The notes: a model not told the origin generated them from the sequence alone. Counted from the stretch's first letter, positions 57,201 to 64,000 are shown. The stretch is DNA of 64,000 nucleotides from Lachnospiraceae bacterium (GCA_024691015.1 JAILOD010000104.1:2525-66524); one strand, 5' to 3'. Program-made: numbers and translations.

Positions 57201-57323
57201 ATCACCCATTATTTTGATAAGGACGGCGAGCATGAGGTCGATCTGGATGACCTTGTAAAATCACCGTTTATGGTCTGCCGCAGCGGAGAACACCATGTTT
57301 ATGTAGGGCTTGGCGGCGAATAA
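54255..57323 (+). CDS. Baseplate J-like protein (Afp11 / gp6-like), 1022 aa
   Basis: 'YTPEWHFTTENPDIGSTIARIFARQMQENIGVLNNIMDRYHAEFVNMLDLSLRPATPAGSLVVF' is the baseplate-J N-terminal pattern. Confidence 0.8.
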   Translation: MKNIDERTAADIENQIEYLRKQYTPEWHFTTENPDIGSTIARIFARQMQENIGVLNNIMDRYHAEFVNMLDLSLRPATPAGSLVVFNLVENSVEGTKIPKGTKLMTNSDLVDGSNIIFETDRSLYVTSSHITDVFMTDGEMGTIVPLKGRFEKPVVVEGEFKKKSDEESEEEAMEEDITVSPEEEPYNLLQPFILFGETNHIGRSVLVLYHESLFDSTDDPVFIRLEGNEELAHRIEKGEFVFKYYSNEGMTEFDSVQLIDDKETFALKKSKELRKVGPSEDKQYGIVIIEAKNILTEAIRLNGIGISSSGDLEEPDLITDGSNEYSNKGFDIFTDTLSNYNECYICHNRYFSKAGAKVKITFHTVYREHDLLLSPKEEMNELKIIKRKPKAVWAERMTDVFADEIAVEYFNGIGWKKLPLDFEVTDMFARENPGDYTISFTAPDDWAESEEGAYSGRSVRIQLIKANNCYMRPTLHHYPRVSNVKISFSYEGKYIDPQKVEMIHGTKKDDITLLLKGEDGFTALTGTDYTEDSLYIGLDKKMEDGPVSLFFQLKDINNQSELKCRFEYSTINGFKPMRVLDFTDDFSKSGIVVFMPPSDMHDLYLEGRKKYWIRIVRKNRTGEDDSKLFLPKIDNIYMNATTVTNTSTGDEEDFFIDESVPDMKFTLNANNILDTEVWVNEKGYISKSEMNNLMETDNSNVRVEYDYIGNVSAFYVKWNEVASFTEAEDRRSYILDRLTNEIIFSDGLICDIPKVTDDIAFKIRVRSSDGFQGNVPAGSIDDFKGQVLFIDSIFNPMKAYGGSSLETIPQALRRGANIMHSRRRLVSMDDYLRTIEAFSDGIDKVAGIVGETIDGKVSQADISFVLLMKDYEDGAFSFHRIHKQLKQYLEKQCELTISADRIHIVEPLFVDFSINVWTEISDIDDSFEIQADIKESLENYLNPVSTDANDGWEIGTLPKKSQILMCLSALKKRAIVKRISIITHYFDKDGEHEVDLDDLVKSPFMVCRSGEHHVYVGLGGE

Positions 57324-57347
57324 GCAGGATTTCGGAGGATATAAGAG

Positions 57348-59444
57348 TTGTTAAAGGTTGAGGAATTAACAAACAGAACATATGAAGAGCGGATAGCGGA
57401 AGCTATAACAGAGCTGCCTCTGTTCTCGTCCGAGTGGACCAATTACAATGCGTCGGATCCGGGTATCACGATACTTGAGAACCTTACGGCTTTCGAGACG
57501 GTACAGGGTGAAGATATAACCGACTTAAGCTACAGGGCCAAGATGGCTATCCTAAAGCTGGTAGGCTTTACCACAAAAAAAGGTAAATGTGCGAGAGTAC
57601 TGCTTTCTCCCAGCACTGGCGGAAGACGGATACATATAAATTCCGGTGAGAAGTTCCATTTGGGAAGCCTGTGTTTTGAGACAAATAAGGCCGTGGACGT
57701 AGGGGATTGTGCTCTTACAGCGGTTTATTCAAAGACGGATGAAGGGTTCAAGGATATAAGCTATGTGATCGATCGTGAGCTTCGTCTTGCGGCAAAGCTT
57801 TTTTCGAAAAAGCCGAAGGAAGGGGAAGGCTTATATTTCATAGCAGATAATATCCCGGAGAACTTGACGGATACCTGTTTTTATATACAGCTTGAAGAGA
57901 CTGTTAACAGAAACCCCATAGAGGACAGGACAAGAAACGTTTTTTCGTCTCTTAAGTGGGAGGTTTATACCGATACCGGTTTTGAAGAGATAAAGGTTTG
58001 GGACTACACGGCTTCTCTTTTAACCAGCGGAGAGGTACGTCTTCGTTTTCCCGAAGGAAGGATGGCTGTATTTGAAGAAACACCCGTGCATGGCTATTGC
58101 ATAAGGGCAACGCTTACCAAGGCGGCCTTCGATATCAGGCCCCGCCTTATGGCTGTGGAGGGCTTTTTGTTTGAAGCCTGGCAGAAGGAAACCTTGTCTG
58201 TATGCCATACCATAGGCAAGACCGAGAATATAGCGGTCAGATCTCCTTTTAACGGAGAGGATTACCTTCTGATCTTCGGTAAGGAGGAGAAGGGGTCATC
58301 CTACAGAAGATATCTTCTGGGAGCACCCGGTCTTTCCGCGGGACGTTATTGTTCCTACGAGGAGCTGGACGATCATTATTATTCAATAAAATTTGATAAG
58401 GAAACCTATGGCTTTGAACCCATCCATACCAAGGACTGTGTGAGGGTTATCATGTACAGCGAAAGGATCATGAAGCAATACGAGCTGGGACAGGTAGTAG
58501 GCTATGATAATCAGGGAATAGACCTTCCTGTTGACCACATCGTGCCCGACAGCTTCTGCCTTATTGCCAGAAGAACGGATGAGAACGGCGAGTATTATTA
58601 TGATTTTGTACGCCCCGAAAAGAAGGGTGAGGACAACCTTTATTTTCATCTGCTGGAAAACGACGGGAAGATCATTATCGAGGATGCTGGAGCCTTTATA
58701 GGAGCCGATCTTTTCATGGGTTCGGTTGCAGTGTTTGACGGAGAGATGGGAAATATCATGGAATACAACACGCTTACTGCCGATCATTTAAGCGATGATA
58801 TTACCTTCTTTAATCCCGGTGCAGGTACGGGCGGTGCCTACAGAGAAAATATGAATAAGGTTAAAAAGCGCTTTATTACCGATATGCAAACACCTTATAC
58901 CCTGGTTACCGAAAAGGATTATGAGCAGATAGTGCTCTCTACTCCCGGGCTTTGCATAAGAAAGGCACATGCCGTTATGCATGAGGACGAAAATCTGGTC
59001 CGCGTGGCCGTTATGCCGGCAACCGATGAAGAGAACCCCACGCTTTCCGAGATATACAAGGATATTATTTCGGACCGGCTCGAGGAGAGAAGACTGATAA
59101 CCACCAGATTCCAGATCGTTCAGCCGGTTTATGCGAGAGTTTCGGTAAGAAGCACGGTTTATGTTAAAAGGCATTTTTCAAATTACCGGGAAGAAATAGA
59201 GAGAGTTTTAAAGCGTCACGTGGATTACATCGAGTCCAACAGGAATTTCGGCGAGGTCTTAAGATTTGAGGATGTTTTCCATGCCATAGAGGATCTGGAG
59301 TGTGTGGAATTTGTTTATGAGCTGTCGTTAAGAAGTGAAAATCCCAAGTATGCGATCCTTCGTGAAACCGATATCTATCCGATAGAAAACTGTCTGCTCA
59401 CAATGGGTGATGTTCAGCTTGAGATAGTTACCTACGATAAATAA
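57348..59444 (+). CDS. Second baseplate J-like wedge protein (Afp12 / gp7-like position)
   Basis: GGAGG lies 9 nt before TTG 57348. 'LTNRTYEERIAEAITELPLFSSEWTNYNASDPGITILENLTAFE' matches the 'DDRTYadLveea...P.W....sDPG..L.E' pattern. Confidence 0.7.
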   Translation: MLKVEELTNRTYEERIAEAITELPLFSSEWTNYNASDPGITILENLTAFETVQGEDITDLSYRAKMAILKLVGFTTKKGKCARVLLSPSTGGRRIHINSGEKFHLGSLCFETNKAVDVGDCALTAVYSKTDEGFKDISYVIDRELRLAAKLFSKKPKEGEGLYFIADNIPENLTDTCFYIQLEETVNRNPIEDRTRNVFSSLKWEVYTDTGFEEIKVWDYTASLLTSGEVRLRFPEGRMAVFEETPVHGYCIRATLTKAAFDIRPRLMAVEGFLFEAWQKETLSVCHTIGKTENIAVRSPFNGEDYLLIFGKEEKGSSYRRYLLGAPGLSAGRYCSYEELDDHYYSIKFDKETYGFEPIHTKDCVRVIMYSERIMKQYELGQVVGYDNQGIDLPVDHIVPDSFCLIARRTDENGEYYYDFVRPEKKGEDNLYFHLLENDGKIIIEDAGAFIGADLFMGSVAVFDGEMGNIMEYNTLTADHLSDDITFFNPGAGTGGAYRENMNKVKKRFITDMQTPYTLVTEKDYEQIVLSTPGLCIRKAHAVMHEDENLVRVAVMPATDEENPTLSEIYKDIISDRLEERRLITTRFQIVQPVYARVSVRSTVYVKRHFSNYREEIERVLKRHVDYIESNRNFGEVLRFEDVFHAIEDLECVEFVYELSLRSENPKYAILRETDIYPIENCLLTMGDVQLEIVTYDK

Positions 59445-59462
59445 GGGAGATAATAATATAAA

Positions 59463-60566
59463 ATGGCCGGTATTCAATATACGATCAGAAAAAACAGATA
59501 CAGAAGAAGCTATATAGAGGGCTTTAAGGTTACCGAAGACGATGTCCTTGTTTTTGATCAGGATTCGTTATATCACGGAATCTTCCTGGATCCTCTGGAT
59601 GGCATAGAGCGTGACCGTTACTGGGGACGCCTTGCAATGAAGCTTACCATGGATGAGGACATGGCCTGCTATGTCTATGTGCTTGCGATAAACGATCTTG
59701 TTATTGTGGATGATAATGATCAGATCTTTGATATAGAGGCATTTCTGAAGGATCCGGAGAACTCGATGATCCAAAAGGTTAATATGATTCAGAGACTGGG
59801 TGCAAAAAGGTTTGTAAACCGTGATGATATTCTTCTTTATGATCTGAGCGGTAAAAATCTCCTGATAGGCATAGAAATACTCGGGCAGGGTGACGCAAGG
59901 ATCGAAAATTTAAGGATCAATGCGGTCGGCGATAACTTTATGAATACCTTCCCCGAGGTTTACAGGGAGAGGAATTCCTTCTTCCACAGATACATGTCCA
60001 TTTTTTCCAGTATTTACAATGACTTTCAGGATGAGATAGATAATGTGCATGAGCTTCTGGATCTGGATACCTGTTCAACCGAGCTCTTAGAGCTTTACGG
60101 AAGCTGGATGGGAATAGATCTTCAGGGCGGATATCTTTCTGAGGACATTCTGCGTACTCTGGTCAAGGAAGGATATAACCTGAACAAGATGAAGGGTACC
60201 AGAAAGGTTATCGAGAGGATAATGGAGATCGTTCTGGGAGAAAAGGTTCTGGTCCTCGAGCACAATTCCATCCGCAGTTATTTAAAGAATGATGATTCAG
60301 AGATACCTCCGGGAATAAAGGAGGGTGGCATATATGATGTTTCGGTGCTTGTAAAGCAGCACATAAACGAAGAGCTGCAGCACAGGCTTGTATATCTTCT
60401 TAATCAGTTTAAGCCTCTTAGAACCCGAATTAATATAATAGAGATGGATAAGAACGCACAGGTTGATTCAAACAGCTATCTGGACCTTAATGCAACGATC
60501 CCCGAAGAAAAGAATGTGGTATTGGATGAAGAGTCTGTACTTGGTTCAGTATTGACGTTAGAGTAG
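59463..60566 (+). CDS. Phage tail protein I-like (gpI family) baseplate protein
   Basis: 'FPEVYRERNSFFHRYMSIFSSIYNDFQDEIDNVHELLDLDTCSTELLELYGSWMGIDL...MKGTRKVIERIMEIVLG' matches the conserved phage-tail gpI-type domain. Confidence 0.75.
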   Translation: MAGIQYTIRKNRYRRSYIEGFKVTEDDVLVFDQDSLYHGIFLDPLDGIERDRYWGRLAMKLTMDEDMACYVYVLAINDLVIVDDNDQIFDIEAFLKDPENSMIQKVNMIQRLGAKRFVNRDDILLYDLSGKNLLIGIEILGQGDARIENLRINAVGDNFMNTFPEVYRERNSFFHRYMSIFSSIYNDFQDEIDNVHELLDLDTCSTELLELYGSWMGIDLQGGYLSEDILRTLVKEGYNLNKMKGTRKVIERIMEIVLGEKVLVLEHNSIRSYLKNDDSEIPPGIKEGGIYDVSVLVKQHINEELQHRLVYLLNQFKPLRTRINIIEMDKNAQVDSNSYLDLNATIPEEKNVVLDEESVLGSVLTLE

Positions 60567-60609
60567 GTTTAATGTTATAAATAAATGATTATGCGTTGAT
60601 ACATTAATT

Positions 60610-60637
60610 CTCTGTATGTACAGAGAGCAGGTTTTTT
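60610..60637 (+). terminator. Weak terminator-like hairpin at the end of the CIS block
   Basis: 6-bp stem CTCTGT / ACAGAG with a 4-nt loop. The T6 run follows only after a 6-nt spacer. Confidence 0.35.
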
Positions 60638-60647
60638 GAGGATTTTT

Positions 60648-60947
60648 ATGACAATAGATGAGACCAGAGATGGTTCCAAGATACAACTTAATGTTCACGG
60701 AAAGATAGATGCGATCTCATCTAATGAGTTTCAGCTTGCCGTGTTAAAGGCGTTTCAAAAGGGAAATTCACTTATTATAGATTTTTCCGATGTTGCGTAC
60801 ATATCCAGTGCGGGATTGCGTGCGCTCACCCTGGGACAGAAGACAGCTAAATCAAAAGGGGGCAGCCTTGTGATCGTGCATGTTAATGATGCGGTTAACG
60901 AGGTTTTCAGGGTTACGGGTTTTAACAAGATCCTGACCATTCAGTGA
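60648..60947 (+). CDS. STAS domain protein (anti-sigma-factor antagonist-like)
   Basis: 'IDFSDVAYISSAGLRAL' and 'VNEVFRVTGFNKILTI' give a SpoIIAA-like pattern. ATG 60648 is preferred over the tracked TTG 60636, which lies inside the T-run. Confidence 0.75.
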   Translation: MTIDETRDGSKIQLNVHGKIDAISSNEFQLAVLKAFQKGNSLIIDFSDVAYISSAGLRALTLGQKTAKSKGGSLVIVHVNDAVNEVFRVTGFNKILTIQ

Positions 60948-61612
60948 TCATGATAAGTATTTCACATGTTGATGTTATTTACGATAATGCAGACGAAAAG
61001 GTGTTTGATGACTTTTCGCTGAATATAGAGAACGGGGATTTTTATCTCGTTTTTGGTAAGAGTGGAAGCGGAAAATCCACTCTTATTAAGCTTCTGCTAA
61101 AGGAAATTGATGCAAAAAGAGGTTCGGTATTTATTGACGGGCGCGATATTACAAAGCTGAGAAAGTCCGATATTCCTTTTTACAGAAGGGAGATCGGAGT
61201 TATCTTTCAGGATTTTAAGCTTTTTCAGGATATGAATATTTATGACAATCTGGCAACGTCTATAATGCTTACCGGCGGGAACGGGCGTGATGCGGAGCTT
61301 AAGATCACACACGTGCTCAATATGCTGGGGATCGATCGTTTTCACAAGAGATTTCCTAAAGAACTTTCGGGCGGAGAGCAGCAGAAGGTCTGCCTTGCAC
61401 GTGCCATCATAAATAATCCGAAGATTCTTCTGTGTGATGAGCCTACGGGCAATCTGGATCCAACTTCATCCAAAGAGCTCCTGCAGCTTCTGAAGCTGGT
61501 TCATAATCAGGGAACCACCATTATTATGGCAACACACGATATTCAGAATATAAAAGAGGTCTATGAGGATGGGCTTTATAAAAGCATCACACTCACAGAC
61601 CATGATCAATGA
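60944..61612 (+). CDS. FtsE-like ABC ATPase with no adjacent permease
   Basis: Walker A 'GKSGSGKST', 'FYRREIGVIFQDFKLF', 'LSGGEQQKV' and 'LLCDEPTGNLD' are present. The start overlaps the STAS stop (GTGA). No FtsX-like gene follows. Confidence 0.75.
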   Translation: MIMISISHVDVIYDNADEKVFDDFSLNIENGDFYLVFGKSGSGKSTLIKLLLKEIDAKRGSVFIDGRDITKLRKSDIPFYRREIGVIFQDFKLFQDMNIYDNLATSIMLTGGNGRDAELKITHVLNMLGIDRFHKRFPKELSGGEQQKVCLARAIINNPKILLCDEPTGNLDPTSSKELLQLLKLVHNQGTTIIMATHDIQNIKEVYEDGLYKSITLTDHDQ

Positions 61613-61636
61613 TCGATATGTAGTTTGTATAAAAGA

Positions 61637-61768
61637 TCATCTCAAAACCTTGGGTGAAAATCTTGCACCACCGTCAACTTCCTTTAAGTCCTTTTCATCG
61701 ATAGGCTTGGGCTGTTTGATGGTTTTCTTTTCTTCTTCGTTGTTTTTTTTGTTTTTATCCTCTGACAT
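61637..61768 (-). CDS. 43-aa double-glycine-leader peptide precursor (candidate pheromone or small bacteriocin)
   Basis: It is not in the ORF track because it is under 60 aa. GGAG lies 8 nt before the ATG. The product is 'MSEDKNKKNNEEEKKTIKQPKPIDEKDLKEVDGG|ARFSPKVLR'. Hydrophobic residues at -12, -7 and -4 plus GG fit the double-glycine leader consensus. Confidence 0.5.
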   Translation of the reverse strand: MSEDKNKKNNEEEKKTIKQPKPIDEKDLKEVDGGARFSPKVLR

Positions 61769-61874
61769 TTTTTTATCTCCTTTTTATTTATTATAGTGAA
61801 ATATGTTTTTCATAAATATTATACGACAGATATTTTTAAATGGCTAACTTTTTATGTTTATTTTTTTTTATTTA

Positions 61875-62069
61875 TTACATGATCTTCATTTCATTAAGAT
61901 CGTAATATGCTCCGTCCCTCTCATAGAAAAAATCCGCTGTAATAGGACACCAGAAATAATCGTATTTGTCGCCGTTGTATTTATGATAGCCTTTAAGCTT
62001 GATTATGTGCATTTCTTGTTTATTGTGGTACGGACAATACCTGTAAACATAGTTATCTATAGGCGGCAT
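61875..62069 (-). CDS. 64-aa Tyr/Cys-containing small protein, possibly the core of an interrupted double-glycine-leader precursor
   Basis: This is a tracked ORF. The 17 in-frame codons upstream of its ATG read 'RWVKKIPVDKLEQVSGG', preceded by a TAG stop. Confidence 0.4.
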   Translation of the reverse strand: MPPIDNYVYRYCPYHNKQEMHIIKLKGYHKYNGDKYDYFWCPITADFFYERDGAYYDLNEMKIM

Positions 62070-62355
62070 ATAACGTCCGCCGGATACCTGTTCAAGTTTA
62101 TCGACGGGGATTTTTTTAACCCACCTCTATGCGTTGGCGAGTCTTGACTGATAGATATCATTACGTCATATTATACGAAGAAAAAACAGTATTGGACAGA
62201 GAAATAATTACTTTAATTTTTTTTTAAATATAATTGTTTGTGGTAAAAGGTTGTGATAAAATACAAAATATGGTATTTGCCTATCAGGGGGGGTGAGGCA
62301 ATAAATCAGACTTGCCGGTTTATTCTATTTTCTATCCCGGCTGAACAGGAGTAAT

Positions 62356-63246
62356 ATGAAACTTAATCAGAAAATCTCACTTATCGTTTCTTGTGTTCTA
62401 TTTGTCGGGGTTGTATACGGTTTTTATAATCTGAATTTCTATCTGATCCTGATCTTGTTTGCTTTGTACAGTCTTTCGGTTGTGGCGTTTGCCTTCTTTT
62501 CCTTTACAAACAGAATGTCTAAACAAGAGGTAGAGGAATATACCCAGCAGATCGATGATATCCAAAACGAACATACAAGGAAAGAGGCTGAGCTCAACGA
62601 TTCCATCAATCAGAAAGAGAAGCTTATCGAACAGCGCAATGAGGATGTGGAGCGCGCCAGAAAGGAAATTTCAGAGCTTAGCGATAAGATCCGTGATCTC
62701 GAGAGAGAGACAGACGAATTAAAAGAGACAAAGACTGATGTTCAGGTTGTTGAGACCACGATCATGAATGCACTTCTTCCTCCCGAGGATGAGGACGGGG
62801 AAAAGAGATGCGATATTATTGCGGTTGCTAATGAAACGGTTGCCGAGCTTCGTGAAGATGCGATTAAAAACGGTCTTACGATTTCGGTTTCCTCCGCTGA
62901 TGATAAGCTTGTTGTAAAGGCTGACAGAAACAGGCTCAGGATAATGTTTCGGAATATCATAGATAATTCCATTAAATATATGCTTAAAACCGGTGCACTT
63001 GTAATTACCATCTCCACTGTTGAGGATGATGTTTTTATTGTTCTGAAGGATAGTGGTAACGGGCTTCCCGAGGATGAGACCGAGCATATCTTCGAGCTTA
63101 ATTACCAGGGGTCGAATCGTATCAGCGGTAACGGGCTTGGTCTTACGCAGGCTAAGGCTATCGTGGATAATTACGGCGGCACGATTTACGCTAAGAGCGG
63201 CAACGACAAGGGTATGGGAATTTACATCCGTATGCCGATAAAGTGA
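62356..63246 (+). CDS. Histidine-kinase-like ATPase protein (2 TM + coiled coil + HATPase_c), no canonical H-box seen
   Basis: N box 'NIIDNSIKY', G1 'DSGNGL' and G2 'GNGLGL' are present. The region between the TMs and the ATPase is a charged coiled coil without an 'SHE..TP'-type motif. Confidence 0.65.
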   Translation: MKLNQKISLIVSCVLFVGVVYGFYNLNFYLILILFALYSLSVVAFAFFSFTNRMSKQEVEEYTQQIDDIQNEHTRKEAELNDSINQKEKLIEQRNEDVERARKEISELSDKIRDLERETDELKETKTDVQVVETTIMNALLPPEDEDGEKRCDIIAVANETVAELREDAIKNGLTISVSSADDKLVVKADRNRLRIMFRNIIDNSIKYMLKTGALVITISTVEDDVFIVLKDSGNGLPEDETEHIFELNYQGSNRISGNGLGLTQAKAIVDNYGGTIYAKSGNDKGMGIYIRMPIK

Positions 63247-63258
63247 AGGTAGGCTAAG

Positions 63259-64000
63259 ATGCGTAAGGATATGAGATTTTTCATAATTATAGTGATTTTT
63301 CAGATGGTTGTTCTTCTGGGGTTTCTGATATTTATGAACCACAATCATTCGGTTCTGTTTCGTAAGACGGCTGCTTCGAAAGCCATTAATGAAGATGTGG
63401 TGAATGAGGCTACGCAGAATGATACGGTTATCGGAAATATGAATGATTATGTTGAGGAAGAGTTAGTGACGGCAGAGGAGCTTGAAGATGTTGAAGATAT
63501 CGAAGAGCCTGAGCCGGAAGAGACTAAACTTCTGGATGTTGAGTATGTGGATGAGCCGGTTTCCGATAATTCTGTTTCGGAGGATGCGGTGGTTTCGGAG
63601 AACGAGGCTCCTGAGGAGAATAATGAGCGCAAGTTCTATGCTCTTGTTACGCATACGGTTGAGCAGGACCTTCTGCTTCGGGCAGCGCCTTCTCTTTCCG
63701 CTAATGTTATAAACAGGATTTCGACCGGTACTGCGGGTTATGTTCTGGATTATGGCGATGAGTACTGTCGTATTGTTATTACAAAGAATCCCAAGCTTCA
63801 TGGTTATGCGGCTACGGAGTTCCTGGAGCTTACCGAGGTTGCGAGAGAGGAGATTCCCGAGGATCTTCAGGCTTTGATCGATGATCCGGATTCTGTTCCG
63901 AAGGAGATGGTTAAGTCTTCGAGTACGCCGGCTTTGACGGCGGAGCAGCAGGCAGCGCTTATTGCTTATGCAGCGCAGCAGCAACAGGCGGCGCAGGCGG
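63259..64000 (+). CDS. Membrane-anchored SH3b-like domain protein, 3' end outside window
   Basis: It is not in the ORF track because the frame stays open to the window edge. It has ATG 63259, an N-terminal TM 'FFIIIVIFQMVVLLGFLIF', an acidic linker, and 'LLLRAAPSLSANVINRISTGTAGYVLDYGDEYCRIVI', which resembles bacterial SH3 domains. Confidence 0.55.
   Translation, partial: MRKDMRFFIIIVIFQMVVLLGFLIFMNHNHSVLFRKTAASKAINEDVVNEATQNDTVIGNMNDYVEEELVTAEELEDVEDIEEPEPEETKLLDVEYVDEPVSDNSVSEDAVVSENEAPEENNERKFYALVTHTVEQDLLLRAAPSLSANVINRISTGTAGYVLDYGDEYCRIVITKNPKLHGYAATEFLELTEVAREEIPEDLQALIDDPDSVPKEMVKSSSTPALTAEQQAALIAYAAQQQQAAQA

Noticed and set aside
41620-60566. Interpretation as a prophage tail module or PBSX/diffocin-type R-tailocin. 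The order sheath-tube-chaperone-tape measure-initiator-gpD-gpV-gp25-gpJ-gpI parallels myophage tails.
   Set aside because: DUF4255, DUF4280, two gp19-type tube paralogs, CIS-tube initiators and the 'YYFHWS..RRRW' mini-protein are CIS hallmarks rather than Firmicute myophage ones. I saw no head, lysis, integrase or fibre genes. It remains the main alternative until phylogeny is done.
41620-60566. Type VI secretion system.
   Set aside because: There is a single long sheath gene instead of a TssB/TssC pair. There are no TssJLM-like membrane-complex genes, no TssA/E/F/G/K set and no ClpV. The tube is gp19-type rather than Hcp-type.
29789-60650. Mobile genomic island or integrative element carrying the CIS block.
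   Set aside because: I saw no integrase, transposase, tRNA gene or flanking direct repeats at either boundary, and no obvious compositional break by eye. The acquisition history cannot be judged from this window.

Overview
This 64-kb chromosomal window has the gene content of a spore-forming, Clostridia-type Firmicute: a ytfI/ytfJ-like sporulation pair, rpmB-asp23-yloV-recG synteny, and truA-pheS-pheT-queA. Bases 1-29.8 kb are ordinary. They hold a glutamate-cysteine ligase plus an ATP-grasp ligase, an ABC-2-type exporter, an M24 aminopeptidase, two membrane GGDEF cyclases followed by two single-domain PilZ proteins, and aroA with a tyrA-like gene. They also hold one self-contained promoter-to-U-run unit for a ~210-nt rod-like structured RNA (16.1-16.3 kb, minus strand). 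The main feature runs from a near-consensus sigma-A-type promoter at 30012-30040 to a weak terminator at ~60.6 kb, as 23 co-directional genes. Six uncharacterised envelope or signalling genes come first (30.1-41.6 kb): a cytoplasmic Ig-like-tailed protein, a tail-anchored protein, a polytopic HAMP plus degenerate cyclase-homology protein, a MORN-repeat membrane protein, a TolC-like secreted protein and an 896-aa secreted acidic protein. A complete phage-tail-like contractile injection system (CIS, Afp/PVC-type parts list) follows at 41.6-60.6 kb. Its parts are a DUF4255 cap-like protein, a DUF4280 PAAR-like tip, a single sheath, a gp19-type tube, a small chaperone-like protein, a second tube-like protein with a repeat-bearing C-terminal extension, a putative tape measure, two tandem CIS-tube/initiator paralogs, a gpD-like hub, a gpV-like spike, gp25-like and two baseplate-J-like wedge proteins, and a gpI-like protein. 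I saw no capsid, portal, terminase, integrase or lysis genes, no AAA+ ATPase and no recognisable tail fibre. Details worth checking include a candidate -1 frameshift (A_AAT_TTT) joining the chaperone-like ORF to a start-codon-less conserved small ORF. Others are a four-hairpin structured spacer after the tube gene, a 9-bp tandem repeat in an internal intergenic region, and a STAS plus orphan FtsE-like ATPase pair just downstream. Two double-glycine-leader peptide genes, one interrupted at an A7 tract, lie beside an atypical histidine-kinase-like gene. All calls come from reading the sequence and the ORF translations by eye. No database search was run.
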